Shown: positions 43,529 to 53,928 of the stretch, one piece after another
Layout of the letters: each line of letters begins with the position of its first letter
Position numbering within the stretch: the stretch's first letter is position 1
Virus record (IMG/VR): IMGVR_UViG_3300042731_007021
Span: 1 to 64,000 of that record
Direction: 5' to 3' (one strand)
Length of the DNA: 64,000 bases
Source: a virus
Made by a program: the position numbers and the translations under genes
The notes under the pieces: model-generated
Databases searched by the model: none
Seen by the model: the letters and a program-made list of their open reading frames with translations, nothing else
What the model was told of the DNA's origin: nothing

Positions 43529-43908
43529 TAAGCTGGAACATTCAGTGGGGTGGAGAGAAGGAATTCAAAACCCTGCTGACGCACTATAAAAATACGGGCC
43601 AACTTCCTCCAGCCCTACAATACCGGCCACTTCCTACCCCTTCGCTGGAAATATATCTGGACGCTTTCTATGCGCTGTCAGCAGGAAGGCAGAATACCGA
43701 CCACGTTATAAACCCGATCACGTTTTCCGACACAATGGCTTATTGCGATTGTGTAGGTGAGTTCAATAGATATGAACGATTACGATACTGGAAGCTTATC
43801 AATGCCTGTGACATGAAGTTTATTGAAGCGATGATTGACAAACGTAGCATAGAGGCAGCCAGAGCAGCAGCTAAAGCAAAGGCCAAGCAGAAGCTAAAAC
43901 CTAGATAA
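43519..43908 (+). CDS. tail assembly chaperone extension (gpT-like) reached by -1 frameshift
   Basis: GGGGGAA just before TAG; the -1 frame is open to TAA at 43908: GIVSWNIQWG...PPALQYRP...YLDAFYALSAGRQ...PITFSD. Confidence 0.8.
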   Translation, partial: GGIVSWNIQWGGEKEFKTLLTHYKNTGQLPPALQYRPLPTPSLEIYLDAFYALSAGRQNTDHVINPITFSDTMAYCDCVGEFNRYERLRYWKLINACDMKFIEAMIDKRSIEAARAAAKAKAKQKLKPR

Positions 43909-43963
43909 TCCAGTAACAATCATTTACACTCAATCTTATTTGACTTAGAGGTCAGACCCCGCC

Positions 43964-46900
43964 GTGTCCTTCGAAATAGGCCTTTCAACTGCCCAGGCCA
44001 GGGCTGAAGTAGACTCTCTTAATGCCAAGATTATAGGATTGGGCCGCACGGCAGATGGGGCGTCTGCAAAATTGAGGGGGTCTATTGGTTCTATGGGGGG
44101 GGCCAATGAGCTTCGAAACATTCAAGCTGCCATAACTGGCTTGAATGCTAATCTGACCAACATGAATTCCCAGTGGACGGACACGTACACCGCTGCGAGC
44201 AAAAATACCAAAAATCTAAGTGCGGCCGTACAAAATAAGACCAGAGTAATAAATACCGGCAGAAAAGCCAATGATGCTTATGGCGACTCGCTTCTTACTG
44301 TTTCCCAGAAAGCAGCTGTACTTCGTTCAAGTATGTTGGCGATGGGTACCCACGTCGGCATCTTTACTGCCAGAACCCTGTTAGCGGCTACGGCTGCCTA
44401 CGGCTTTACAAAAGCTGTCAAAGGGGTAATTACCGTAGGGGCGTCATATACTCAGTCTTTGGCTGAAACCTCGGCCATCATAGGGGTCAATCGATCAGAA
44501 TTAGAAGGCCTGTCAAACAGCATGCTGGAATTGGCAGAAATTACCAAATTCACAACTACTGAGGTCTCCCAGGCCGCTACAGTGTTGTCTAAAACTGGCT
44601 TGAAGACTGAAGCCGTTGCCGCAGCCCTACCTCCAGTATTGAATCTCGCGGCTATTGGAAGCATGGATATGGCTCAAGCCGCAGACATAGCCGCCAATTC
44701 AATGTTCGGGTTCAGGCTGCAAGCCACTGACCTTGAACAAGTTGTAGATGAGCTGGCATTTGTTGCCACCAACAGTAACACCTCAGTTAGGCAGTTGGGT
44801 ATGGCTATGTCGTATGCTGCCCCGGTTGCTGCTGCCGCTAATGCCGAATTCGCGGATGTCGTCGCTATGATGGGGGTTATGGCTGACTCAGGTATCAAAG
44901 CCAGCAGGGCTGGAACAACGCTTCGTCGGGCCTATGTGAATCTTCTCGACCCTACTCCTAAAGTGGCAGAGGTTTTAAAAGACCTCGGCGTTCAAGTTCG
45001 GGACTCTGCCGGCGAGATGCGCGGCATGGTAGACATCATGGCTGACTTTGCAAAAGCCGGAGGTAGTGCCCAGGACTTGACCAGGATATTCGGAGTCCGG
45101 GCGGCCCCAGGTATGATAGCAATATGGAAAGACGTAGCAGCCGGCATTGCGGGGGCGGATTCTAAATTGAAAGATTTGATAGACCGCATGGGAACTGAAG
45201 GCGTGGGGGCTTCAGAGCGGATGCGTAATGCCATGGAGAAAAACTTGATCGACGTTTGGAAAAAGTTTGAATCCGCTGTTTCCGTTCAGGCTACCCGTGC
45301 ATTCTTTATGATAGAGGAAGGCCTTATTTCAGATATTGAGGCTATGACAGAGTTTGTCAGAACTGCCGGAGACGTTGAAATCGCTGTGGCGCAATTAAAG
45401 GCAGAGGCTGAAAGTTATTCCAGTATTGCTGATTCTATATCATCGGCAGTCGTATCAATGGAAGCCGCCGCAAATTCAGGGGAACATTTGTCAGAGTTAT
45501 TGACGATGATAGGAACCGGGCTGGGATCCTTAGGGGCATATCTGCGCGATCTTGGCATTAACATGGAATACATAATGAAAGCCGCAGGCGCTAGAACAGC
45601 AGCCAACATAGACATCATGAAATTGGAGTTTAAGTCAGCGGTTATATCTATGAAGATTTGGTGGGAGGAGTTTACTGCTTTCCTGGCTGTAAATATGGCC
45701 ACTGCGTTGGATACTATTAATAACGCTTATCGTAGTCTTATATTGAGCCTGGCTGATATGACTAGGTCAGCCGCTGGCATGTCCAGGGATATTGGTGCTG
45801 ATAGTCTAGGCGATCAGTTGGATTTTATTTCCAACAGGCTTACCAGGATTGCTGGAGAGGTATCTAATCAAGCCGGGTCAGTAGAGCAGGCATCCGCCAG
45901 AAAGATAAAAGCCATGGAATTGGAGCGGGCTGAACTACGCTCTCAAATGGCAGATCATAAGCTTGCTTCTGAAGAGTTAGTAAACCAGTACGAAAAAGAA
46001 GCTGTGGCTAAACTCAACGCCAGGGACGCCGCAGTTAAAGCCGCTAAGGATGAGATACTGTGGAACCGGGAAGCAGAGAGAATATTTGCTGAGATGGATA
46101 GGTTCAACGCACCTGAAGCTTCTGATGCCACTACTAAATCTCGTGGAGTAATGCCTGAGGGATATGGAAAGGACTTTGTAAAATCTTCAAAAGACAGCTT
46201 GAAGCAGTTGGTAAAAGAGCAGAAAAATTCCATCAAGGCTTCAGTAGATCAAATTAAACACCTGGAAAAACTTGGGCATATTGACCCATTTTCTGCCCTG
46301 GAAGCCGGGATAGAAAAAGTCCGGCAGGCCCTCCAATTAACAGATACTGAATTTAAGAAGCAGTATTCCAGTTTAAAAGATGCGTCTGATCTAATGGAGC
46401 AGGCTGGATATCACACCAGGGCTAAGGAAATAAAAGATGCGGCGATTGATTTAGCTCAGTCATACGGACTGCAAACAGAGGAATTCAGGAAATCCATCAG
46501 GGAACAGGAGCAAGCGCTTGACGAATTAGCTCTAAAATACAAACAAGTGTATTCCGGATTTGGCAAGCATGTTGAAAAAGTCCCATCTATTACCGGGTTT
46601 AAAGAAGGAGAATCGTTTGCCTCCAATCTGAGAAGTGAACAGCGAAGCCCAAGCGAGGCTTTTGAAAAAGAGCAAACTGAAAAGTTAAGGTTATTGGATG
46701 AAGCCTTTCAGGCTCAATTCAACATGCAACTGGACGCCCAAGACAGGATGTACATGTCAGCGGCAGAGTACGAAGCCAGACGCACTCAATTAAAGGAAGA
46801 CGCAGAACGCGAACGGCTGTCTCGGTCTGCAGACTTCTATAGACAAGAAGTAATGATGGAGGAAAATCTCCACATCGCTAAAGCCAGAGCCTTGGCCTCC

Positions 46901-47416
46901 GGGGTTGCGGCGTATACCGCTGAAGGGGCAAAATCCAGCAGAAAGCTGTTTGAGTTAAATAAGGCTGCCAGAATGGCTCAGATCATAATTGACACCCCGG
47001 CAGCAATATCTGGGGCATACACCCATGGGGCGGCCCTTGGCGGCCCCATATTGGGGGGAACATTTGCTCTGCTGGCAGCCGCCAATCAGGCTCAACTACT
47101 ACAGCAAGCAAGATCAGCCACATTCGACGGAGGGGGAACCACTGCGTCTACTCCGGTTACGGCCGCCGTCCCCCAGGCGGCTTTGGATATCCCTCCGCAA
47201 TCTGACGCCCTATTTAATCAAACTAATACCGGGGGGCAACAAAATACGGTGGACAGTTCCAATACGGCTAACAGGGAGGTTAATTTCAACATTAGTGTGT
47301 CAGCGATCGATGCTGAAGGGGCCTACAATTTCATAGATAGGTACAAGAGTAAATTCGTCACCCAAGTGCAACAGGAATACGATGACAGGGGTCGAAGGGG
47401 AGGTCCATTGAGATGA
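43964..47416 (+). CDS. tail tape measure protein (TP901-type core)
   Basis: TKFTTTEV, LP.VLNLAA, L...GIKASRAGT.LR, IFG.RA; 1150 aa helical. Confidence 0.92.
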   Translation: MSFEIGLSTAQARAEVDSLNAKIIGLGRTADGASAKLRGSIGSMGGANELRNIQAAITGLNANLTNMNSQWTDTYTAASKNTKNLSAAVQNKTRVINTGRKANDAYGDSLLTVSQKAAVLRSSMLAMGTHVGIFTARTLLAATAAYGFTKAVKGVITVGASYTQSLAETSAIIGVNRSELEGLSNSMLELAEITKFTTTEVSQAATVLSKTGLKTEAVAAALPPVLNLAAIGSMDMAQAADIAANSMFGFRLQATDLEQVVDELAFVATNSNTSVRQLGMAMSYAAPVAAAANAEFADVVAMMGVMADSGIKASRAGTTLRRAYVNLLDPTPKVAEVLKDLGVQVRDSAGEMRGMVDIMADFAKAGGSAQDLTRIFGVRAAPGMIAIWKDVAAGIAGADSKLKDLIDRMGTEGVGASERMRNAMEKNLIDVWKKFESAVSVQATRAFFMIEEGLISDIEAMTEFVRTAGDVEIAVAQLKAEAESYSSIADSISSAVVSMEAAANSGEHLSELLTMIGTGLGSLGAYLRDLGINMEYIMKAAGARTAANIDIMKLEFKSAVISMKIWWEEFTAFLAVNMATALDTINNAYRSLILSLADMTRSAAGMSRDIGADSLGDQLDFISNRLTRIAGEVSNQAGSVEQASARKIKAMELERAELRSQMADHKLASEELVNQYEKEAVAKLNARDAAVKAAKDEILWNREAERIFAEMDRFNAPEASDATTKSRGVMPEGYGKDFVKSSKDSLKQLVKEQKNSIKASVDQIKHLEKLGHIDPFSALEAGIEKVRQALQLTDTEFKKQYSSLKDASDLMEQAGYHTRAKEIKDAAIDLAQSYGLQTEEFRKSIREQEQALDELALKYKQVYSGFGKHVEKVPSITGFKEGESFASNLRSEQRSPSEAFEKEQTEKLRLLDEAFQAQFNMQLDAQDRMYMSAAEYEARRTQLKEDAERERLSRSADFYRQEVMMEENLHIAKARALASGVAAYTAEGAKSSRKLFELNKAARMAQIIIDTPAAISGAYTHGAALGGPILGGTFALLAAANQAQLLQQARSATFDGGGTTASTPVTAAVPQAALDIPPQSDALFNQTNTGGQQNTVDSSNTANREVNFNISVSAIDAEGAYNFIDRYKSKFVTQVQQEYDDRGRRGGPLR

Positions 47417-48015
47417 GCGGTTCGTTCCCAACTTCGCCTCTGCCGTCATCCGTCACCATGCGCTCGACAAACACCAATGTAAACAGAAGTTACTCTCAGT
47501 CTGGGAAGCGTAATGTCAGGATAATTTCAGCGCAAAAATGGGCCTTGCAGGCCACGTTTCCTGACACACTGTCAAAAGACCAACTGATGCCGATATTCTC
47601 TTTTCTGGCATACCAGCAAGGTGGCTTTGACACGTTTACTATCACGTCTCCTGATTTATCAACTCCAAGAGGAACTCCGACCGGCACACCGGTAGTCAAC
47701 GGAGCTGATCAAGAGGGAAGGACTATAAACACGTCAGGGTGGACGGCCAATACAGAAATATTCAAAGACGGTGACATACTAAAGTTTGCCGGCCATACTA
47801 AAGTCTATATGATCTATGGAGATGTCAATTCTGACGGATCCGGAGATGCTACCCTGGTCCTCACTAACCCGTTGTTGGAATCACCAGCCGATTCTGAATC
47901 TATCACTGTCAATGATGTTCCATTCACTGTTGAGTTGGTATCGGATATTTCAGAATATTTGGTAAGAGGCCCTCTCCTGTATAACGTTTCAATAGACTTA
48001 TTAGAAGCCTACTGA
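47413..48015 (+). CDS. distal tail protein (Dit-like)
   Basis: S.SGKR..R...QKW, GD.LKF.GH.KVYM; synteny. Confidence 0.7.
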   Translation: MSGSFPTSPLPSSVTMRSTNTNVNRSYSQSGKRNVRIISAQKWALQATFPDTLSKDQLMPIFSFLAYQQGGFDTFTITSPDLSTPRGTPTGTPVVNGADQEGRTINTSGWTANTEIFKDGDILKFAGHTKVYMIYGDVNSDGSGDATLVLTNPLLESPADSESITVNDVPFTVELVSDISEYLVRGPLLYNVSIDLLEAY

Positions 48016-48818
48016 TGCGCCAGCTAAATTCTAATGTCTTGGCGGAAATCGCCAAATCAAAAACTTACCCAATCGTACTGGTTGACGTTAATCTTGATTC
48101 TGGAACCCAGCGGTATACCAACGCGCATGCTAACGTTTCGTGGAATTCAAATACTTATGTTTCAGATAGAAGACTCAGGGACTTTGGCGATATAGGAGAA
48201 GATCTGGAATTGAAGGTTGGCTCAGTGGCTTTCAGATTTAATGCTGAAGACCAAACTTTGCTGGCAACTATACTGTCAGAAAACCCAGTCAATCGGATTA
48301 TAGAATTGCGCAGAGGGTTATTAAATACCAGCACTTATCAATTAATCCTTGACCCTATACTGATCTATGCAGGAAGAATAAAGTCATTTGAAATGGAGGA
48401 GGTCCCAGGGGGACAGTCAGTTATATCTTATGATACTGGGTCCATATTGGCCGACTTTGATAGAACCGGAGGGCGCAGGACAAATCAACAGGATCAGGAA
48501 CTTTACCTGGCTATAAAAAACTCAGGATATGGGACCGCTACATCGGCTAATGCCGGAGGAACCATATTGTCTGACTCTTCGGCTAATTTTATGGTTGAAG
48601 GAGTTGGAATAGGGGGAACCATCACCAATGTAACTGATGGTTCTTCAGGCACAGTTACACTTATATCGTCCAATAACCAAATAGTCCATACTGCACTTTC
48701 AGGAGGGTCCGACAATCAATGGGAGGTTGGCGATGTGTGGCAGGCCTCGGCCCCGGTTGATAAAGGATTTGAATTCGCGCACATGAACTTCTTTGATGTC
48801 AAGTGGGGGAGGGGGTAG
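48015..48818 (+). CDS. baseplate hub-like tail protein with an internal insertion
   Basis: GRRTN...Q and DKGFEF...VKWG motifs. Confidence 0.7.
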   Translation: MRQLNSNVLAEIAKSKTYPIVLVDVNLDSGTQRYTNAHANVSWNSNTYVSDRRLRDFGDIGEDLELKVGSVAFRFNAEDQTLLATILSENPVNRIIELRRGLLNTSTYQLILDPILIYAGRIKSFEMEEVPGGQSVISYDTGSILADFDRTGGRRTNQQDQELYLAIKNSGYGTATSANAGGTILSDSSANFMVEGVGIGGTITNVTDGSSGTVTLISSNNQIVHTALSGGSDNQWEVGDVWQASAPVDKGFEFAHMNFFDVKWGRG

Positions 48819-48821
48819 CGA

Positions 48822-51800
48822 ATGGGAAATATAATAACAGATTTTGTTGATGACGTATCTGATGCCTGGAACGACTTTACTGAGGATCTTAGAAACTTCG
48901 TACAGGAAGGCATTGCAGGGCTATTCGGGTATGAAGAGCCTGAAACGCCTGACGGCACCTTAGTTACAAAGCAAGGCACTGTTCAGCCATTGCCGGTCAT
49001 TTATGGGAAAAGGGCTGTAGGAGGTACGATAATCTATGAAGAAGCCACAGGAACTCAAGATCAAAATTTTTGGGCAGTCTACGCTATCTGCGATGCTGAT
49101 TACCCGATAGAAGGAATATCTGAAATATATTTTGATGATGTGTTAGTGGTGTCAGAAGGAGTAACAGTGCCTGGGACCAAGTATGAAGGGCACTTCCTAT
49201 GCGAAATAACTAACGGGACACACTCAGGACAACCATTTACAGTTTTGGAGGCGTCCAGTGACGGAAAATGGACAAGTGATCATAAGTTGTTAAATACTGC
49301 AGCAGTGGCAATTCGTTTCACGTGGAACGAAAATGTTTATTCAGGGCTACCAAAAGTTCTATTCACTGTAAAAGGGATGAAGACCATTCTAGTAAATTCA
49401 TTGCCTACAGTAGGCAGAGCCTATAATGATGACCCGGCAAACATTGTATTTGATTATCTTACTAACCCCATTTATGGAAAGGGGCTAAGCATAGTAGACG
49501 GGGAAGATCTCAACATATCTACATTTCAAGACACTTTAGACTATGGGGACGATCTGATTACCTCCTATTCCGGGGGTCCGTCACATAAACGATTCTCCTG
49601 CAATATGGCGGTTTCAACCGACAACAGCATCATGAGCAATATACCTAGAATATTGCAAACATGCAGGGCTTCCCTCCCTTACTCAGATGGAAAGTTCAGC
49701 TTGATGGTTGAACGGCATTACACGGTAGCTGAATACCAGACTATTGACCCAACCCTAACGGATTACTTCGACTTTAATATTGACAACATTATAGGTGGTT
49801 GGAAGTTCAAACAAGGAGACGTGTCGTCCAGGTATAATAGGGTCAAAGCCATATTTGCCGATGAAGACATAGGGTATAAAAGCAATTTCGTTGCCGTAGA
49901 ATCTTCAGCATTCAGGATAGAGGATGGCAGGCTTCTTGAGAAAACTATAAACCTGGCGGGAACTACTAACAGGTACAGGGCTCTTGACACGGCATCCGTA
50001 GTATTGCGCAGATCCAGGCAGCAGATAACGGCGGCCTTTGTAGCTACTCAAGAAGCCTTGCAAGTGAGAGCGGGCACTATAGTTACCATTACCCACCCTA
50101 CCCCAGGGTGGACGGCCAAGCAATTCAGGGTAGCCAGTATGTCGTTACTGGCCAGTGGCAATGTATCTGTATCAGTGGTGGAACACGAATCTACTGTATA
50201 TGATTTATCTCTGCCGAATGAATATGCCACTCCGGCAGACACCAACCTGCCTGACCCAACTGTAGTGCCTGACCTCACAGGGTTGACGCTGGTTTCCAAC
50301 GAAACAGTTCTTATTATTGGCAATGACGGAACCTTGGTTCCAAGAATAAAAGTCTCGTGGACAGCCTTAACAAACCCATACATTCTCGGATACGAAGTAG
50401 AGTATAAAAAATCTGCTGATAGCATCTATTTACCCGCCGGGACGGTCACCTCTGCAACTGGGACAGAGTTGTATATTGATAACGTAACGGAGTCGGTTGA
50501 TTATAATGTCAGGGCAAGAGGGTACAATTCTGCGGGGTTTTCAGGAGCGTGGGTTTATGAGTTGAGCCATACAGTTGTTGGCAAAACTTCTAACCCTTCG
50601 GACGCCTCCTCGATCTCATTTCAAACCATTGCTGGGGGCATGCGGCGGATCTCGGCAGAGGCCACTCGCCCGGCGGACTTCAAAGGATTCTTGATCCGCG
50701 CCAGGGCTGGTTCCAGCTATACAACTTGGGGCGAACTCTCTGTTGCCAACGGCGGGTATGCACTGCACGACGAAAACGACCCGGTAACCACCCTGCCATT
50801 CGAGACCGCGCTCATCAATGAAGGGTCGGTGACCATCGGCATCAAGTTGGTAGACACCTCCGGCAACGAGTCAGTCAACGCAACTCTGGCAACCTTCAGC
50901 GCCACTGCAAGTCCTGGCGATTGGGAGACGATAACGGGTGCCGGAAAGCCAGATGATTTCGCCAACTCAATAACCGACCCTAATTTCCTGCGCATAGTAC
51001 AGGGGAATCCATCATTGTGGGAAGACGCGACCGCCGCCAACAATGCGACCTATGGCTACATCGGGGAAAACAACTCGGCCGGCTGTCGCATAGACGCGGA
51101 CGGGACGATAAACGACGTGATTTATGAGGGGTATTATCCGGCTAACCAAGGAGACGTTATTTATGTGTCGGCGCGGGTGTATGTGTCGGCGGATTTCAAC
51201 GGCAGCTACGGTATCGCCTCAGGTACATTCGACAACTCATTGACAGAACTGCCATCATGGCCGGGCTATACTACAACTGCAGGAACCACTGGGGTATGGA
51301 AAACTATTACAGGGTCGTTTCCGGTTTCGCATGCATCTGCTGAATATACCCGTCCCCGGTTAACGGTTAGGCCAGACGCTACTACAGGTTATGTGAAATT
51401 CAGCAGCGTTTATTTGTCGCGCTCGGAACTCGGCGCAGACGTCACCGACTACGATGCAGCTGCAGCAGATGCCCAGGCCCGTGCCGATGCCGCGCTGGTA
51501 CTGGCTCAGTCTTTCACCGAAAGCTGGAGTGATGAAGGCGCGACAGTCGGCGCGGATTGGGATTTCAATGTCGCTAACCGGCCCGCCGATGCCGATATTT
51601 TGAACAGCGAACTGTTCCAGACTACCGATATCACCGTGACTGTCGGCACCGGCGGCGATTATGCAACCATAAATGCGGCCATTACAGGATTGACGCAGCT
51701 CATTGCGACCAGCCAGGAAGATGGCTTAACCGCTACCATTAACCTGCTGGCCGGGTTTCAAATAGATGAACAGATTACGGTCAATGGACTCAACCTGAGC

Positions 51801-52583
51801 TGGATCATTATTACCGGAGTCGATGCTTCGACCGATTTGCTCATGTCAGCAATGACTACGGACAACGATCCCACCTCGACTTATCCCTGGGCGTTCAGTG
51901 CGCTTAACGGAGGCCGGCTACCTGTCATCGCACAGAATTTGAATATTATTTACTCTGCCGGCGTGTCTGCAGGACTGATCTCTGTAGATGGTGCCGGGTC
52001 TCTCGGTTATTTCGTCGATGGTTTCGAAACTCCGAATACCACTATTATGACCTATGGGTTAAGGGCAAATCATGGGGGCGTGATCATTGCCGAAAACTGC
52101 GATCTTGGGGCTCATCGGTTAAATGCCTATTATGGCGGAAAAATATATGCTGACGGCAGCACAGCCAGGGGGTTGACAGCAAGCCAGGATGGACTGATAT
52201 CCCTGCAAAATGGTGTTTTAAACACTGGGAATTATACAGGGAACGCCTTTTCAGCGGCCTCTTATGGGTCAAAGCTATTACTCGACCAGGTAACAATCAA
52301 CATTGGCCGGACCTCATACAGTGCAACTTCCGGTCTAATATTGATCATCAACAGCAGCATTCTCGATATGGACAACGCAACGGTGACGGGTGATGAGTAC
52401 CTGGGATATGGTATTGCCGCGAAGAACAGCAGTCAGGCATCTGTGAATAGTCTCGATTTAGGCGGTATCGGCGTCGAAGCATTCTCCGTCGAAAAGGGTT
52501 CCATGATGAATGCCAACGGCACCACCGGAACCCTCAATCAGAGCCCTAACGTCATCACGTCTGACGGCCTGATCTTCCGCTAA
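48822..52583 (+). CDS. tail tip / central fibre protein (hub + FN3 + carbohydrate-binding-like + beta-helix C-terminus)
   Basis: LPVIYG.R.VGG, D.PA....DYLTN.IYGKGL, YNRVKA.F, YNVRARGYN; TVG.GGDYATI.AA then glycine-rich repeats. Confidence 0.85.
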   Translation: MGNIITDFVDDVSDAWNDFTEDLRNFVQEGIAGLFGYEEPETPDGTLVTKQGTVQPLPVIYGKRAVGGTIIYEEATGTQDQNFWAVYAICDADYPIEGISEIYFDDVLVVSEGVTVPGTKYEGHFLCEITNGTHSGQPFTVLEASSDGKWTSDHKLLNTAAVAIRFTWNENVYSGLPKVLFTVKGMKTILVNSLPTVGRAYNDDPANIVFDYLTNPIYGKGLSIVDGEDLNISTFQDTLDYGDDLITSYSGGPSHKRFSCNMAVSTDNSIMSNIPRILQTCRASLPYSDGKFSLMVERHYTVAEYQTIDPTLTDYFDFNIDNIIGGWKFKQGDVSSRYNRVKAIFADEDIGYKSNFVAVESSAFRIEDGRLLEKTINLAGTTNRYRALDTASVVLRRSRQQITAAFVATQEALQVRAGTIVTITHPTPGWTAKQFRVASMSLLASGNVSVSVVEHESTVYDLSLPNEYATPADTNLPDPTVVPDLTGLTLVSNETVLIIGNDGTLVPRIKVSWTALTNPYILGYEVEYKKSADSIYLPAGTVTSATGTELYIDNVTESVDYNVRARGYNSAGFSGAWVYELSHTVVGKTSNPSDASSISFQTIAGGMRRISAEATRPADFKGFLIRARAGSSYTTWGELSVANGGYALHDENDPVTTLPFETALINEGSVTIGIKLVDTSGNESVNATLATFSATASPGDWETITGAGKPDDFANSITDPNFLRIVQGNPSLWEDATAANNATYGYIGENNSAGCRIDADGTINDVIYEGYYPANQGDVIYVSARVYVSADFNGSYGIASGTFDNSLTELPSWPGYTTTAGTTGVWKTITGSFPVSHASAEYTRPRLTVRPDATTGYVKFSSVYLSRSELGADVTDYDAAAADAQARADAALVLAQSFTESWSDEGATVGADWDFNVANRPADADILNSELFQTTDITVTVGTGGDYATINAAITGLTQLIATSQEDGLTATINLLAGFQIDEQITVNGLNLSWIIITGVDASTDLLMSAMTTDNDPTSTYPWAFSALNGGRLPVIAQNLNIIYSAGVSAGLISVDGAGSLGYFVDGFETPNTTIMTYGLRANHGGVIIAENCDLGAHRLNAYYGGKIYADGSTARGLTASQDGLISLQNGVLNTGNYTGNAFSAASYGSKLLLDQVTINIGRTSYSATSGLILIINSSILDMDNATVTGDEYLGYGIAAKNSSQASVNSLDLGGIGVEAFSVEKGSMMNANGTTGTLNQSPNVITSDGLIFR

Positions 52584-52813
52584 AGAAACCGGCACACGCC
52601 GCCCGTATCCGGGTTATCCGGGTCAACGGCATCCACTCGCTTGAGCGGATCCGCATACTGATCGCGCGGACTTTTATAATCGTTCGGCTGCTCGATCGGC
52701 ACCGGGTCCGACCACTGTCGGCCTAGGTTGTTTAGTTCCTGTTGCCAAACCGGCGGAGGACCGCTTTGGCAAGCTGTGATTAATAGTAAAGTGATGAATG
52801 ATAACTTTTTCAT
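52580..52813 (-). CDS. small lipoprotein, candidate superinfection-exclusion protein; start MKKLSF
   Basis: MKK + hydrophobic stretch + ITAC lipobox; GGAG RBS; antisense to late genes with its own promoter. Confidence 0.7.
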   Translation of the reverse strand: MKKLSFITLLLITACQSGPPPVWQQELNNLGRQWSDPVPIEQPNDYKSPRDQYADPLKRVDAVDPDNPDTGGVCRFL

Positions 52814-52852
52814 GACATGCTCCATTGATAGTTAAGCTCGCCTATATTTGAT

Positions 52853-52886
52853 ATCATAAGCTTTCTGCGTGTTTATGTCAATAAGT
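52853..52886 (-). promoter_or_regulatory. sigma70-type promoter ACTTA-TTGACA-N17-TATGAT
   Basis: phage promoter signature upstream of the lipoprotein gene. Confidence 0.75.
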
Positions 52887-52969
52887 TGGAGGCAACATCC
52901 ATCGGGTCGTTGATAAGAGATCGCAGTTGCGCTACACTTCGGGCAATCAAACCGTCGGAAAAATTCCCC

Positions 52970-53518
52970 ATGTCCATGGTATGTATCTCCGCAGGGCACA
53001 ACCCGGACAAGAAGGGTGCCAGCTTTAACGGGTTTTATGAGCACGACGAAGCCTGGGAGTGGGCCATGGAATTGGTCACCCTGGTCAGCGAAAAGTACAC
53101 GGTTGACCTAGTGCCAACCGGGGCGTTAAAAGCCAAGGTAGATTTTATAAATACGGCCAAACCAGACTTGGCTATGGAGATCCACTTCAACTCTGCCGTC
53201 AATTCAGAGGGTGAACACACAGGATCAGGGTCAGAGACGCTTTATTACCCAGGCAGCAACCGCGGCATGCGGGCAGCAAAGATAGTGCAAAGTCATTTGT
53301 CACCCATATTCAGCCCTGATCGCGGTGTAAAAGAAGGGTATTACCAATTAAACCCGTCCAAACCGCCCGACTACTTTCTCCGTAAAACCAACTGTCTGTC
53401 TCTTATCGTAGAACCTGAGTTCATCCACAAAAAAGTATTGATACAGGAACACCGAGAAGCTGGCTGCAAGGCCTTAAACGCAGCTATTTCAGAAATCCTG
53501 GAGCTTATTTCACGATGA
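52970..53518 (+). CDS. endolysin, N-acetylmuramoyl-L-alanine amidase (Amidase_3)
   Basis: ISAGH, E, EIHFNS, GSETLY, FLRKT...LIVEPEFI. Confidence 0.9.
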   Translation: MSMVCISAGHNPDKKGASFNGFYEHDEAWEWAMELVTLVSEKYTVDLVPTGALKAKVDFINTAKPDLAMEIHFNSAVNSEGEHTGSGSETLYYPGSNRGMRAAKIVQSHLSPIFSPDRGVKEGYYQLNPSKPPDYFLRKTNCLSLIVEPEFIHKKVLIQEHREAGCKALNAAISEILELISR

Positions 53519-53928
53519 TTAAGGCTATCATTGCAATCGTTATTCTGGCAGTATTTTCTGGCGTTTCGGCTTTTGCTGTAAAACTGTATACCGAAAGAGA
53601 CCAGTTTCAGAAAGATTTAGCTGTAGCCGAAAGCGCAAATGCAACTCTGAATTCAGAAATGGACAGGTTGAACAGTCTGGTGGCTGAGAAGGAAGCGCAG
53701 ATTATCCGCCGCGACAAGTTTATCAAATCCCAAAAAGCTCAGACGCAGGAGAATGAACGTGAACTTGAACAGGCTCAGAAAGAGCTTACCGACAAAGAGC
53801 TTGAATGCCTTAATTCCAGCGTTCCTGCTCCTATCATTGACTTCATGCGTATCAAGCCATTGTCCAACAGTAGTGGAGCCAAAGATCATCAAGTTGTGTC
53901 CAAGCCCTCTTCTGTACTCGGAGGTTGA
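53515..53928 (+). CDS. i-spanin (Rz-like)
   Basis: N-terminal TM helix, coiled coil, C...VP motif. Confidence 0.75.
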   Translation: MIKAIIAIVILAVFSGVSAFAVKLYTERDQFQKDLAVAESANATLNSEMDRLNSLVAEKEAQIIRRDKFIKSQKAQTQENERELEQAQKELTDKELECLNSSVPAPIIDFMRIKPLSNSSGAKDHQVVSKPSSVLGG

